64,000 nucleotides of DNA from contig CAVVYZ010000020.1 of the NCBI GenBank assembly GCA_963752595.1, positions 64,001 through 128,000 on the forward strand. The letters are read 5' to 3'. Made by a program: the position numbers and the translations under genes. Origin of the DNA: an uncultured delta proteobacterium. Lineage in GTDB: Bacteria; Desulfobacterota; Desulfomonilia; UBA1062. Each line of letters starts with the position of its first letter. The stretch's first letter is position 1. The notes beneath the pieces are model-generated. The model was not told the DNA's origin. It was given only the letters and a program-made list of their open reading frames with translations, and did not search any database. Below are positions 31,854-42,386 of the stretch, piece by piece.

Positions 31854-32354
31854 ATGAAAAAAATCATCCGCTGGCCCCTGGTTGCATTTTTCATCATGAT
31901 GCTCATGGCCTTTCTCAGCTGGGAAAAGCAGCGCGATCTCCTCGAAGTGGTGAAGGTCTACGACGGGGATACCATCGAGTTGAAAGACGGAAGGAAGATC
32001 CGGCTCATCGGTGTCGATGCTCCGGAAGTCGACTCGCCGTACGCAAAAAAAGAGCCCGGGGGCGATGAGAGCAAGGCGTACCTGATGAATCTTCTCGCCG
32101 GCAAAAAGGTCTCCATCAGGGTGGGAGAAGATCCGAAAGACCGCTTCGGCAGGACCCTGGCCTATGTCTATGTGGGGGACGTTCTCGTAAACGGCCGCAT
32201 CATCAGGGACGGTTTTGCACAGGTGTATGAGAAATTCGACTATGAATACAAGGACCTCTTCAAGGCTTACGAGCAGGAGGCCAGGACGAGGGGAATCGGC
32301 ATCTGGCAGGGGGAAACACCGGCGCCGGATTTCAGGGGTAAGGGTTCAGACTAG
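31854..32354 (+). CDS. thermonuclease (SNase) family protein
   Basis: DGDTI, RLIGVDAPE, DRFGRTLAYV. Confidence 0.92.
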   Translation: MKKIIRWPLVAFFIMMLMAFLSWEKQRDLLEVVKVYDGDTIELKDGRKIRLIGVDAPEVDSPYAKKEPGGDESKAYLMNLLAGKKVSIRVGEDPKDRFGRTLAYVYVGDVLVNGRIIRDGFAQVYEKFDYEYKDLFKAYEQEARTRGIGIWQGETPAPDFRGKGSD

Positions 32355-32375
32355 CCGGCTCTCTCCTTAGCGGCA

Positions 32376-32651
32376 TCACGCATACCGGTTTTTCCGTGCC
32401 GAGCCGATGAAAAGCAGGATCAGCCCCAGTACGATAAGGGCGAGAAAGAGCGGGCAGGATTCGAATGCATGAATAATCTGCGGGCTCGCATAGATCTGAT
32501 CCCGGACGGCATCAGGCCCCTTATCCACGAGAGTGAGTATGGTATACTGTGTCCGGTCATTCTGCATCAGGTACATGATTCCCTGGTAAAACATCAGACA
32601 AACCCCTCCGACAGAACCCGCGATGCCGGCAAGGAAGAATATATTTTCCAC
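32376..32651 (-). CDS. small membrane protein
   Basis: Two hydrophobic segments; GGAGG RBS with GTG start. Confidence 0.5.
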   Translation of the reverse strand: MENIFFLAGIAGSVGGVCLMFYQGIMYLMQNDRTQYTILTLVDKGPDAVRDQIYASPQIIHAFESCPLFLALIVLGLILLFIGSARKNRYA

Positions 32652-32880
32652 GGCCCCTCCCGTATAAGAACTTGATCACACCTTGGTTCCTATACCATAC
32701 TTCCCGGAGCGAGGGAACACAGTCGGACGGTAAACAGAGATTATCATGCAAGGCTATGATCACAAGAGGTTTTCCCGGATATTTGCATCACATACGATAT
32801 TAACATGAAACTCTTGCATTAATTCCCATATTCAACTATCTTTCGCTTCTACATTTACATTGTCCGAGAAGGAGAAGTTC

Positions 32881-34745
32881 ATGCTTACGTATATGAGAAA
32901 TCGATCCCAAAAATGGGTCAAGATAGTCGTATTCGGGATCATCATATTGGTCTTTGTATTGTGGGGGGGAGCTCATACTTGGGCAACGAGACGAACAAAG
33001 TTGCCAAGATCGACCGGCATATTGTCACGGTCACCCAGTATTCGAAGGCTTACCAGGATGCCTTGAAGCTCTACCAGAGCAAGCTCGGTGATAACCTGAC
33101 GCCCGATATGATCAAACAGCTCGATCTCAAGGAAAAGGTGCTCGATCAGCTCATCGATGATTATATCCTGGATATCCAGGCGAAAAAGCTAGGCATAAGC
33201 ATTTCCGATGAAGAGCTCCAGAAGGCCATCAGGGAGTTCCAGCCTTTCCAGCAGGACGGTCAGTTCAGTGCGGACAATTACCGGAGAATCCTCCAGTACC
33301 AGAGGCTCACCCCCGGCGAGTTCGAAGAAATGCAGAGAAAGGAACTCCTCAGGCAGAGGGTTTATGCGATGGTTGCCGAAAACGTCATCGTATCGCCCGA
33401 AGAGGCATCATCTTTTTACAAGTATCAGAACGATACCTTTGATCTCAATTACCTGACCATCAATGCTCAGGCATTTCTGAAAGACATAGCCGTAAGCGAT
33501 TCCGAGGCCGGGATCTACTATGATAAGAACAAGGAAAAATACAAGATCCCTCCCAAGATAACCCTTTCCTATATCGATTTTCCTGCAGCCGGATATATGA
33601 ATGACGTATCCGTGAGCATTGACGAGGCAAGAAGTTATTATGATTCCCACAAGGACGAGTTCACCTCGAAGACGCAGGTCCACGGCAGACACATCCTCTT
33701 GCGGGTTTCTCAAGGGGACAGCGAGGCCGTGATCCGGCAGAAACAGGAAGCTGCACAGAAGATCTATGAGGAGATAAAGGCAGGAGGAGACTTTGCCGCC
33801 CTTGCCGGCAAGTATTCAGAAGATCCGGGGACGAATTTTACCGGCGGAGACATAGGCCTTGTTCCCAAGGACAGTCTGCCCGAACCCATGGGCGATACGC
33901 TTTATAAGATGACGCCTGGAGAGGTTGCCCCCCCGGTTCGAACGAGCCTGGGTTTCCACATCCTCAAGCTCGAAGGCAAGGAAGAAGGAAAGGCGTCCAC
34001 TTTTGAAGAGGCGTCTCCCATGATCATCGGGAATATGAAAACCCAGCGGGCAAAAATTCTTGCAGGGGATGAAGCCAACAACTCATTCAAGGATCTCTAT
34101 GAGCAGGGAAATTCGAATCTTGCAGCGTATGCCCAGGCCAAGGGTCTTCAGGTCAAAGAGCTCGGACCCGTTGCCCAGAATGAGAATATAGGCATTCCCA
34201 ATTCCATAGAGATCACAAAGAGCGCCTTTGGCTATCCCAAGGGAGAGATAGGCTCGGTGGTCGACACCCAGGACGGCTACATGCTCTATATGGTGAAGGA
34301 CAAGATATCGGCACGCATCCCTGAACTCTCCGAGGTCAAGGACAAGATAGTCAACGATTTGAAGATATCGAAGGCTGTGGAGAAGGCAAAGGCATATGCG
34401 GCAAGTATTTCAAAGAACCCTGCCCAGCTGGGCGGTATGCCGCATCTGACCACCGGGGAATTCAAGAGGACGGCATACATGATACCACAGATCGGGATGG
34501 TTGCCGGCATAAAGGACGATCTCGACAAGCTGAAAAGCCCGAAGATCTATACGGAGGCGGGCAAAATCTATATTGTCTGGATCGGCAGGATGCAGGAAGC
34601 CGATGTGAATGCTGCAAGCACGAGCCAGCTCGATAAGGTCAGAAAAGAGCTGCTTTCCCGAAAGAGAGAGATTGCGGTCGAGGACTTCCTGAAAGAGGCG
34701 CGCAAGCAGCACAAGATCGTAAAAGATACAGAGAAGATCATGTAA
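32881..34745 (+). CDS. ppiD: PpiD/SurA-family periplasmic chaperone (frameshift in G tract near 32965)
   Basis: MLTYMR N-terminus with TM; SurA_N domain; RHILL, GGDIG, GFHILK. Confidence 0.88.
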
Positions 34746-34773
34746 CGTAAAAACAATCCTGCGAGGAGATAAT

Positions 34774-34812
34774 AAGGGGCCGGGAAAATTGATTTTCCGG
34801 CCCCTTTGTTTT
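34774..34812. terminator. intrinsic terminator between ppiD and mug (likely bidirectional)
   Basis: AAGGGGCCGGGAAAA-TTGA-TTTTCCGGCCCCTT followed by a T-rich run. Confidence 0.8.
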
Positions 34813-35422
34813 ATGAGATTCCCTGCGTAATCCTTTTATCCTCTCGTCCCGGTGCAGTCCGGTCAGACTCCCTCTCGGCTTCGATCCGGAGCTCTTTATA
34901 GAGCCGGACGAGATCTTCGAAATGATAGAAGGCGTTCAGGCCGCTCGGGCTCGGCAAGACCCAGAGGAAAGTATTGTCCAGCTTTTCATCCTGCCTGCCC
35001 GAAGCCGCTTTCGGACGGCCGAAAGCTATACGGTAGGCCTCAATCCCGGGGAATGCGATGAAACGCGGCATGAATTTCCGGACCTTTAGGGTGAGCTTCT
35101 CCCGGGATTCAATCAGCTCATCTCTCTTCAGGTCTACTGCTCCTGCAGTAGAACGCTCTACGAAATTCGTAATTCCATAGCCCTGCTCGAGGAGTTCCTC
35201 TTCCTCGAAAGGCGATAAGAGCCTAGGCGTAAATCCCGATGCATACAATACCGGCCAGAAACGGTTTCCCGGCCTTGCAAAGTGGCGGCCGACCGCACCG
35301 GAATACAAACCCGGATTGATGCCGCAGAAGAGCACCTTCAAGTGTGGGGCGATTATGTCGGGTATCGTCCTGCCTTCTGCAGCCAGGATTTCTTTTCTGG
35401 TCGGCTTGTACGGCACTTCCAT
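34811..35422 (-). CDS. mug: G/U mismatch-specific DNA glycosylase
   Basis: GINPG, GNRFW, LPSPSGLNA. Confidence 0.92.
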   Translation of the reverse strand: MEVPYKPTRKEILAAEGRTIPDIIAPHLKVLFCGINPGLYSGAVGRHFARPGNRFWPVLYASGFTPRLLSPFEEEELLEQGYGITNFVERSTAGAVDLKRDELIESREKLTLKVRKFMPRFIAFPGIEAYRIAFGRPKAASGRQDEKLDNTFLWVLPSPSGLNAFYHFEDLVRLYKELRIEAERESDRTAPGREDKRITQGIS

Positions 35423-35427
35423 GGTTT

Positions 35428-36378
35428 TCAGGCCTGAATGAATCCTTTCAAAAAGAAGATGAGATACAACACAATCAGAAACACGCCTCCCAATCGGGGT
35501 ACCTTTTGCATCATCATGAAGATCGAGATGACGAGCGTCGTCATGATGCATAGAGGAAGGTAGAAGACGAGGACCGGATGGCTGACAGGGAGAGGTTTGA
35601 TGGAAGCAATGATCCCTCCGTTAAACAGGAAGAAGGCCAGTATTGCTCCGATGATACCCTCATAGCTGACCTCCGCCTTTTTTTTCAGTGCAGCCGGAAG
35701 CTCTCTCACGAGCTCTTCAAGGCCCACCACGAGGGCAAGGATAGTCATGCCGAAAACCGTGTCGGAAAGCCTGAAACGGCTGATGATGGCTTCTGATCCT
35801 GCCACAAGCATTTCACTGCCGATAATTATTGCGATAACCGAAATGACTATCAGCGAAACGGACTCCCGCCTGCTGAATGTAACTCCCTTTTCCAGGATTG
35901 CGAGGACCTCACCGGTGGGCTTTATATCGAGCCCCCGTTTGCTCAAGCGTAAAATATAAAGGACCGAAAGGACGAATCCGAGCAGCAGTACCGAGCCGTC
36001 CGTCCTTGAAATCAATCCATCAAGTCCCAGCAGGCCGAAAAGGATCTCGGCAAGAACCGGGATGGCAATAACCCGCTTCGGTGCATACTGGAAGGATACC
36101 GGAGACAGCACGGCCCTCAGTCCAAAGGACAGGGCAATGATAACCATCACAGCACCGATAATGGATCCCAGGGCGATTCCTGCCGATCCTGCAAGAGAGC
36201 CTATTACGCCGACAATGAGATTTTCGGGTTCCAGGCCGATGAATATGATGCTGATAATAAGTGATGTTACCCCCAAACCTAAGGAAGTCCCCACAACTCC
36301 TTTTACGAGTTCCTCGGTAAAATAGAAGATCAGGCCGAGCCCGATTACAAAGAGACCTGCAGCTATGGTAAAATCCAA
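35428..36378 (-). CDS. sodium:calcium antiporter family protein
   Basis: Two repeated TM halves with alpha-repeat-like motifs. Confidence 0.75.
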   Translation of the reverse strand: MDFTIAAGLFVIGLGLIFYFTEELVKGVVGTSLGLGVTSLIISIIFIGLEPENLIVGVIGSLAGSAGIALGSIIGAVMVIIALSFGLRAVLSPVSFQYAPKRVIAIPVLAEILFGLLGLDGLISRTDGSVLLLGFVLSVLYILRLSKRGLDIKPTGEVLAILEKGVTFSRRESVSLIVISVIAIIIGSEMLVAGSEAIISRFRLSDTVFGMTILALVVGLEELVRELPAALKKKAEVSYEGIIGAILAFFLFNGGIIASIKPLPVSHPVLVFYLPLCIMTTLVISIFMMMQKVPRLGGVFLIVLYLIFFLKGFIQA

Positions 36379-36394
36379 TGAGCCCTCCTTCTTG

Positions 36395-36707
36395 TCAGGA
36401 TATGGCTGTGAAGGCTTCCGTGATGAGTATGCGCAACATCCGGGGTGCTCTATTTCTCAATAACACTGATCTGTCTGCTGCCTTCCATATAGGCTTCCTT
36501 GACCTGGGAAATATCGGCGAAGCCTTTTTTGCGCAGTTTGCTCAGAGGAGATCGGCTATGCTCACCGATCCAGCCTCTCTTTTCATGACGAAACGTATCA
36601 TGAGAAAGAGGAACCAGTATATGATGGTTCCCCGGAGCACGATTTCTGCCAAAGCCATTGTGGGTGAGAAAAGCTCATCCCGGTTAATGTTTAAGAATCC
36701 CCTCATG
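36395..36707 (-). pseudogene. YetF/DUF421-like membrane protein fragment
   Basis: EIVLRGTIIYWFLF..KREAGSVSIADLL then a premature stop. Confidence 0.5.
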
Positions 36708-37050
36708 GTTACCTCCAAAAAAGGCCGGGTACCGAACTGAGAATGTCCGTACACTTACCCCTTAAGGCTTAAGACACGTTGCCGTAACGGGCCTTAAGCC
36801 GGAAGCGAGCCGGGGATGCCCGGTCCCTATGAAGTATAATCTCTGAGAAAATACCATGCTCAAGCTTCTTGAAAAACGTCATTTCACTCATCATGAGTGT
36901 TTCATGCAGAACTGGAGAACGAAGCCCTTTCCTCAGCGTGCTGCCAGGACCACCGACCCTCGATCTCCACCTCCGGGGCGATATAACCACCTCCATAAAG
37001 GCCGACTGTCGATTTTCTGTGCTGTTCTGTCAAGGTGAACCGGTAAGGGG

Positions 37051-37626
37051 TTATCTCGTAAAGAGAGCGGCGCGGCTGATGCCGACCCTGGGATTTCCCC
37101 GGAGCGTAAACCCGGTGCCCAGGCAGAGCGCTACTTCAGCATTAAACAGGCTCTCCGATGTATGGATCTTCGGTTCCACCAGGAGATAGGAACCCCCCGG
37201 CTTCAGGAGAGAATACAGATCCTTTACAAAGGCTGCTTTGGCATCCACCTCATGGAGCATCCAGAAGGTGAGGATGAAATCAACCGGGCCTGGGACACCG
37301 GGAGTTCCTTCCCGGGCCAGGACCGGTGTTATCCGCTTGTCCAGGCCGCGCTTTCGCGAACGGCTCATGAGTACATCCAGCATCTTCTGCTGAATATCTA
37401 CGGCAAATACCTTTCCCTTCCCGCCCACGAATTCTGCCATTGCAATGGAGAAATACCCCATGCCGCAGCCTGCATCCATGACATGATCGCCCGGTTTCAC
37501 ATACGGCTTTATGATCACCTTAGGATCGTGGATGAGCTTCCTCAGACGGTGGTCCCATGAATAAGCCAGCCACCAGGGGCAGGTATGATCTTCAAAAAGG
37601 AATAATTTTCTGATAGTTTTCATCAT
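37051..37626 (-). CDS. class I SAM-dependent methyltransferase
   Basis: DAGCGMG, AVDIQ, LKPGG. Confidence 0.88.
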   Translation of the reverse strand: MMKTIRKLFLFEDHTCPWWLAYSWDHRLRKLIHDPKVIIKPYVKPGDHVMDAGCGMGYFSIAMAEFVGGKGKVFAVDIQQKMLDVLMSRSRKRGLDKRITPVLAREGTPGVPGPVDFILTFWMLHEVDAKAAFVKDLYSLLKPGGSYLLVEPKIHTSESLFNAEVALCLGTGFTLRGNPRVGISRAALFTR

Positions 37627-37840
37627 GGCCGATCTCCTGGATAACATCTGGAACCGACTACCTGCAGACGGGAGCTCTTTAGAAGCCCGAGCCTGCCCGA
37701 AAGTGCCCTTAATCGTCCGGTCTTTACCATATGTGCCGAGGAACACGAGATATCCGGTATCCTCCCTTTGGTGTTTCACCTCTACTCTATAGCATATTGT
37801 ATTGACAGCTCAAAATCCATGCGGTAACTGACCTGTTGCA

Positions 37841-37960
37841 ACACGCCGAATCCCTGTATCACAGGGAACGGGGGACCCAATGAGCAGGGGCGTACCGCTT
37901 AACAAGCGTAAGGGCAAACTCTTCGGCCCGAGCCCGTCAGCTAACCTCGCAGGCGTCGAG
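37841..37960 (+). ncRNA. c-di-AMP (ydaO/yuaA) riboswitch
   Basis: CGCCGAATCC..GGAACGGGGGACCCA..GGGGCG..CCCGAGCCCGTCAGCTAACCTCGCAGGCG directly upstream of kup. Confidence 0.9.
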
Positions 37961-38020
37961 GAGTGAGACCTTCCGATATCCGGAGGCCTTGCCCCATAAA
38001 AAGGTTTTGGAGGGTCGGTA

Positions 38021-39952
38021 ATGAATGGTTCCGCGGTATCCGAGTCGGCTTCGCTCGATTCTACAAACGGCCGGCAACCGGCTACTCCGCGTGCATGGAA
38101 TTTTCCCCTGATCATAGGCACCCTGGGCGTCGTGTATGGAGACATCGGGACGAGCCCGCTGTACGCTATCAGGGAGTGTTTCTCCGGGACCCATGCGATC
38201 CCGGCGACTGAGAGCAACATATTCGGAATCATCTCTCTCGTATTCTGGACACTGATCGTCGTAGTATGCTTCAAATACATCATATTTCTGCTTCGTGCCG
38301 ACAATAAGGGCGAGGGCGGGATATTTTCCCTGCTTGCCCTCGCAAGGTCGGGTGAGGGCAGTAAAGCTTCCCGTTCCTATTCGGTTGTTGTTCTGGCAGC
38401 CATCTTCGGAGCTGCGCTCATTTACGGCGACGGTGTCATAACCCCCGCCATTTCGGTCCTCTCCGCCATGGAAGGTCTCGAGGTGGCCACCACGGCATTG
38501 TCGCCTTTGGTGGTGCCTCTTACGTGCGTCGTGCTCCTGACGCTGTTTCTCGTTCAGAAATCCGGCACATACGGCGTGGGGAGGGTGTTCGGACCCATTA
38601 TGTTCGTCTGGTTCATTACAATTGCTATCCTCGGCCTGAAAGAAGTCATCCGGAATCCGGAGATTTTTCTGGCAATCAATCCCCTTTATATTCATGATTT
38701 TTTCGCTGCGAACAAGTTTCACGGCATGGTCGTCCTGGGCTCGGTGGTGCTCGTCATTACGGGGTGTGAGGACCTCTACCTGGACCTGGGGCATTTCGGG
38801 AGGAGATCGATCCGGGTGTCATGGTTTTCGTTCGTTTTTCCCGCATTATTCCTCAACTATTTAGGGCAGGGGGCCCTGCTTCTGGATCATCCGGAGAAGG
38901 CGTTCAACCCCTTCTACGGCCTCGTCCCCCATATGCTCATCTATCCCATGGTTGCGCTTTCGACCGTGGCAGCGGTAATTGCTTCGCAGGCGCTCATCTC
39001 AGGGGCCTTTTCCCTTACCCAGCAGGCCATCCAGCTCGGGTACTCCCCGCGCCTGCGCATCATTCACACCTCGCCGGACACGAGAGGGCAGATCTATATC
39101 CCCATCGTGAATTACGCCCTGATGGTCGCGTGTATCGGCGTCGTGCTGGCGTTCAAGGGATCAAGCGGCCTGGCCGGCGCGTACGGCATCGCCGTCACGG
39201 CAACGATGACTATTACATCGATCATCTATCTGTTCGTTGTGGTGAAAGTCTGGAGGTGGTCTCCATGGAAGGCTGTACCCCTGGTCGGACTTTTCCTCGC
39301 CTTTGATATTTCCTATTTCGGAACGAATCTGCTGAAGTTTCTCCAGGGCGGGTGGTTTCCCCTGGCTGTTGCAGCAATCGTCATGATCGCCATGACAACG
39401 TGGAAAGAAGGACGCTACCAACTCGGACAAAAGCTCCGGCAAAGCCGGTTTCCCATCAATCTCTTCCTTGACGACCTGAGGGTCCATGATCTCCAGAGGG
39501 TGAGGGGCACAGCCGTTTTCCTGACTGTGTCACCGGAGGGTACGCCCCCGGCCCTTCTTCATCATGTGAAGCACAACCATGTGCTGCATGAGAAGGTGAT
39601 CCTCTTCACGATCGTAACCGCAGATACCCCGACGGTAAAGAATTTCGAGCGGGTTACGGTCGATGATCTGGGACAGGGCTTCTTCCGCCTCATCTGCAGG
39701 TACGGATTCATGGAAAAGCCGGACGTGCCGAGCATCATGGGGCTTGCCTCCAGGCTCGGGCTCAAGGTCGATCCTGCGGTAACCACCTTCTATATGGGGA
39801 GGGAGACATTGCTTACCTCAGGGAATTCACGGATGGCAGGATGGCGGAAAGAGCTTTTTTCCTTCCTGGCGCGGAATGCCCAGACCCCCATGGCTTATTT
39901 CGGGATCCCGCCGAACCGGGTGATCGAGATCGGGGCCCAGATCGAACTGTAA
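38021..39952 (+). CDS. kup: potassium uptake protein Kup
   Basis: GVVYGDIGTSPLY, ADNKGEGG, GDGVITPAISVLSA. Confidence 0.96.
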   Translation: MNGSAVSESASLDSTNGRQPATPRAWNFPLIIGTLGVVYGDIGTSPLYAIRECFSGTHAIPATESNIFGIISLVFWTLIVVVCFKYIIFLLRADNKGEGGIFSLLALARSGEGSKASRSYSVVVLAAIFGAALIYGDGVITPAISVLSAMEGLEVATTALSPLVVPLTCVVLLTLFLVQKSGTYGVGRVFGPIMFVWFITIAILGLKEVIRNPEIFLAINPLYIHDFFAANKFHGMVVLGSVVLVITGCEDLYLDLGHFGRRSIRVSWFSFVFPALFLNYLGQGALLLDHPEKAFNPFYGLVPHMLIYPMVALSTVAAVIASQALISGAFSLTQQAIQLGYSPRLRIIHTSPDTRGQIYIPIVNYALMVACIGVVLAFKGSSGLAGAYGIAVTATMTITSIIYLFVVVKVWRWSPWKAVPLVGLFLAFDISYFGTNLLKFLQGGWFPLAVAAIVMIAMTTWKEGRYQLGQKLRQSRFPINLFLDDLRVHDLQRVRGTAVFLTVSPEGTPPALLHHVKHNHVLHEKVILFTIVTADTPTVKNFERVTVDDLGQGFFRLICRYGFMEKPDVPSIMGLASRLGLKVDPAVTTFYMGRETLLTSGNSRMAGWRKELFSFLARNAQTPMAYFGIPPNRVIEIGAQIEL

Positions 39953-40006
39953 AAGAGGAAGCTGCCCGGCTCAAGGCATGGGCCGCAGGCGATGTGTAGA
40001 GCCGGC

Positions 40007-40231
40007 CTACTCCCTGGTCCATTTAATCTGGAACTCGATCTCTTCTTCCTTTCCTTCCCGCTCATGCTCGATGGTGAATGTGGACCCCGCAGGCACTAAT
40101 ACGCGTTCACCCGAAATCCGGATCTCGAACCTTCTGCCCTGCTCGATGGTATCGGCCAGCCTGCGCAGCTTGGCTACGAACTGTAAATTGGAATAAGTTA
40201 TTTCGATGTCGCGGTCTTTCTTATTGCCCAT
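40007..40231 (-). CDS. amphi-Trp domain protein
   Basis: LRRLADTIE..IEHERE..EIEFQIKW. Confidence 0.75.
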   Translation of the reverse strand: MGNKKDRDIEITYSNLQFVAKLRRLADTIEQGRRFEIRISGERVLVPAGSTFTIEHEREGKEEEIEFQIKWTRE

Positions 40232-40253
40232 ATCTCATTCCTCCTGGAGTTTG

Positions 40254-41237
40254 TTATAAAAATAAGGCTGCTAGGCTGAAATAGAACAGCAGTGTTGTTA
40301 TATCTGCAATCGCAAGCGTTACAGGGCCTGCGGCAATCTTCGGGTCGAGCTTGAGCCCGTGCAGCAGAGCCGGAATGCTCAGGCCGAACAGGCACGCCGC
40401 GCTTATGGCCAGGACGATGCTCGATCCGATGGAGAATGCCGCTACGCCCGCCCCGAACCAGAACCAGACAATGAGGCCTACGAGAGTTCCGCAGGCAGAC
40501 CCGAGGAGCAGTGCCGTCCCGATCTCACGGCGCACGGCCCGGAAATACCAGGCGAACGTCGGCTGCACCGAGCGCAGTGTCTGAATCGTGACTGTCATGG
40601 ACTGCATGGCGACGCTCTCGCCCAGCCCCAGTATCAGCGTGAGGAAAAAGGCCAGAATGATGCTTCTTGCGATCGTGATCTCAAAGGCGCTGGAAAGCAT
40701 GGCACTGATGGTCCCGCTTGCGATGGTGGCAAGCAGCCATGGTATGCGGAAGCGGAAGGCATTGAAGGCCGATGCGCCGCGCACCTGCGACATATGGAAA
40801 CCGATGGACTCGAAGATCTCTTCCAGATGCTCCCTCTCGGCAAGGTCGAACACTTCATCCGTAAAAAGTTTTACGTCAATGACTCCCATGATCCTGTGCT
40901 CGTCATCCACCACAGGGAATGCCAGGAACTTGTACAGGACGAACATCTCGCACGCATCCATAACCGTAGCCGTATGCGGCACGGTCACGATACGGGTTAT
41001 CATGATCTCGGACAGCCGCTGGTCCAGTTCAGCGCTCAGCAGCCGCCGGGCAGGCAAAACTCCGGTGAGCCTGTCCTCTTCGTCTACCACGTAGAAATAA
41101 ACGATCCTCTCGCCGAAATCCTGCCTGCGGATAGTCTTTAAGGCCTGCTGCACGGTCAATTCCTGAGATAAGGTGATGAAATCCTTGTGTGCAACTGCGG
41201 TAACCTGCTGGCTTAAATGACCTATCCCGTTTGTCAT
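40254..41237 (-). CDS. mgtE: MgtE-family Mg2+ transporter (CBS pair plus TM, no N-domain)
   Basis: YFYVVD, RIPWL, LDPKIAAGP..IAD. Confidence 0.85.
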   Translation of the reverse strand: MTNGIGHLSQQVTAVAHKDFITLSQELTVQQALKTIRRQDFGERIVYFYVVDEEDRLTGVLPARRLLSAELDQRLSEIMITRIVTVPHTATVMDACEMFVLYKFLAFPVVDDEHRIMGVIDVKLFTDEVFDLAEREHLEEIFESIGFHMSQVRGASAFNAFRFRIPWLLATIASGTISAMLSSAFEITIARSIILAFFLTLILGLGESVAMQSMTVTIQTLRSVQPTFAWYFRAVRREIGTALLLGSACGTLVGLIVWFWFGAGVAAFSIGSSIVLAISAACLFGLSIPALLHGLKLDPKIAAGPVTLAIADITTLLFYFSLAALFL

Positions 41238-41329
41238 GACGGACCGCTCCTTCCACATCCGGGATGTGTATATATGTTAAGATTATTGAAGGCTTAAGAA
41301 CCCGCATAAAGATCCGAGACTCTGCCTGA

Positions 41330-42313
41330 TCATCCGATTCCTATTCTTTCTTTGGCAAGGGCCAGAGTGTATTCCGCTGCAGGGCGAACCTTGGATGCGC
41401 CTTCAGCTAATATTCTGTTAATATATGGAGGGTCGGAGGTCAACCTATGATATCGGGACTGCAGGGGTGCAAGCCCTTCGATGATCGCTTCTGCCAGTTC
41501 TTCCTTGAGCGTTGAATAGCCTTTCCCTTCGAACCTCCTCTCTATCGCCGTTCTGTCCAGTCCGGTAAAAAGTTCGTAAATCACCAGGAGGTTGTGGATA
41601 CCTGGCCGATTCTCATCGAACCTGATCTCGCGTAGCGAATCCGTGGTCGCTCTTCTCACTTTCGAGCGTATGAGATCCGGAGGGTCCAGCAACCCGATGC
41701 TGTGGCCATCCTGCGGGCCGCTCTTGCTCATTTTCCGTGCGGGGTCCACCAGGTCCATGATCCGTGCACCCCTTTCCGGAATGACTGCCTCGGGTATGTT
41801 GAATGTTTCTCCATAGATGGCATTGAAACGCCGGGCAACATCCCGTGTCAGCTCGACATGCTGCCTCTGATCCTCGCCTACGGGCACGAGGTCGGTGCCG
41901 TACAGGAGGATGTCTGCTGCCATGAGGGCAGGGTAGACGAAGAGGCCGGTGCTTACCTGAGCTTTCTGTCTGACCGATTTCTCCTTGAACTGGGTCATGC
42001 GCTGCATCCACCCTAGGGGTATGAAGCAGTTCAGTATCCAGGCCAGCTCGGCGTGAGCGCTTATCTGCGATTGGACAAAGAGCGAGGACATGCCGGGGTC
42101 AATCCCGGCGGCAAGGAGCAGCGCTGCCGTCTCACGAATGCTGCTCCTCAATGCCCCCGGGTCTCGAGGGATTGTAATGGCGTGCAGGTCAACGATGCAG
42201 AAGATATTCTCATGGCCGGTCTGCGACATCACCCAGTTCCGGATAGCTGCCAGATAATTGCCGATATGGAGCGCGCCCGTCGGCTGTATCCCTGAAAAGA
42301 CCCGTTTCTTCAT
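41330..42313 (-). CDS. trpS: tryptophan--tRNA ligase
   Basis: SGIQPTG.LHIGNY, YPALMAADIL, KMSKS. Confidence 0.95.
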   Translation of the reverse strand: MKKRVFSGIQPTGALHIGNYLAAIRNWVMSQTGHENIFCIVDLHAITIPRDPGALRSSIRETAALLLAAGIDPGMSSLFVQSQISAHAELAWILNCFIPLGWMQRMTQFKEKSVRQKAQVSTGLFVYPALMAADILLYGTDLVPVGEDQRQHVELTRDVARRFNAIYGETFNIPEAVIPERGARIMDLVDPARKMSKSGPQDGHSIGLLDPPDLIRSKVRRATTDSLREIRFDENRPGIHNLLVIYELFTGLDRTAIERRFEGKGYSTLKEELAEAIIEGLAPLQSRYHRLTSDPPYINRILAEGASKVRPAAEYTLALAKERIGIG

Positions 42314-42386
42314 GGAGAATGCACCACCTGTTATACATAGTGGCACCGGTATGGCAAAAAAAAATATCCGGATGAGGTGCGGTTTC

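Noticed and set aside
32960-32970. G tract in ppiD as a phase-variation switch
   Set aside because: Short tract in a housekeeping chaperone; similar indels across the window point to assembly error.
36766-36800. GGCTTAAG hairpin (word also at ~41291 and ~49079) as a repeat family
   Set aside because: Only an 8-bp word is shared; no extended similarity seen.
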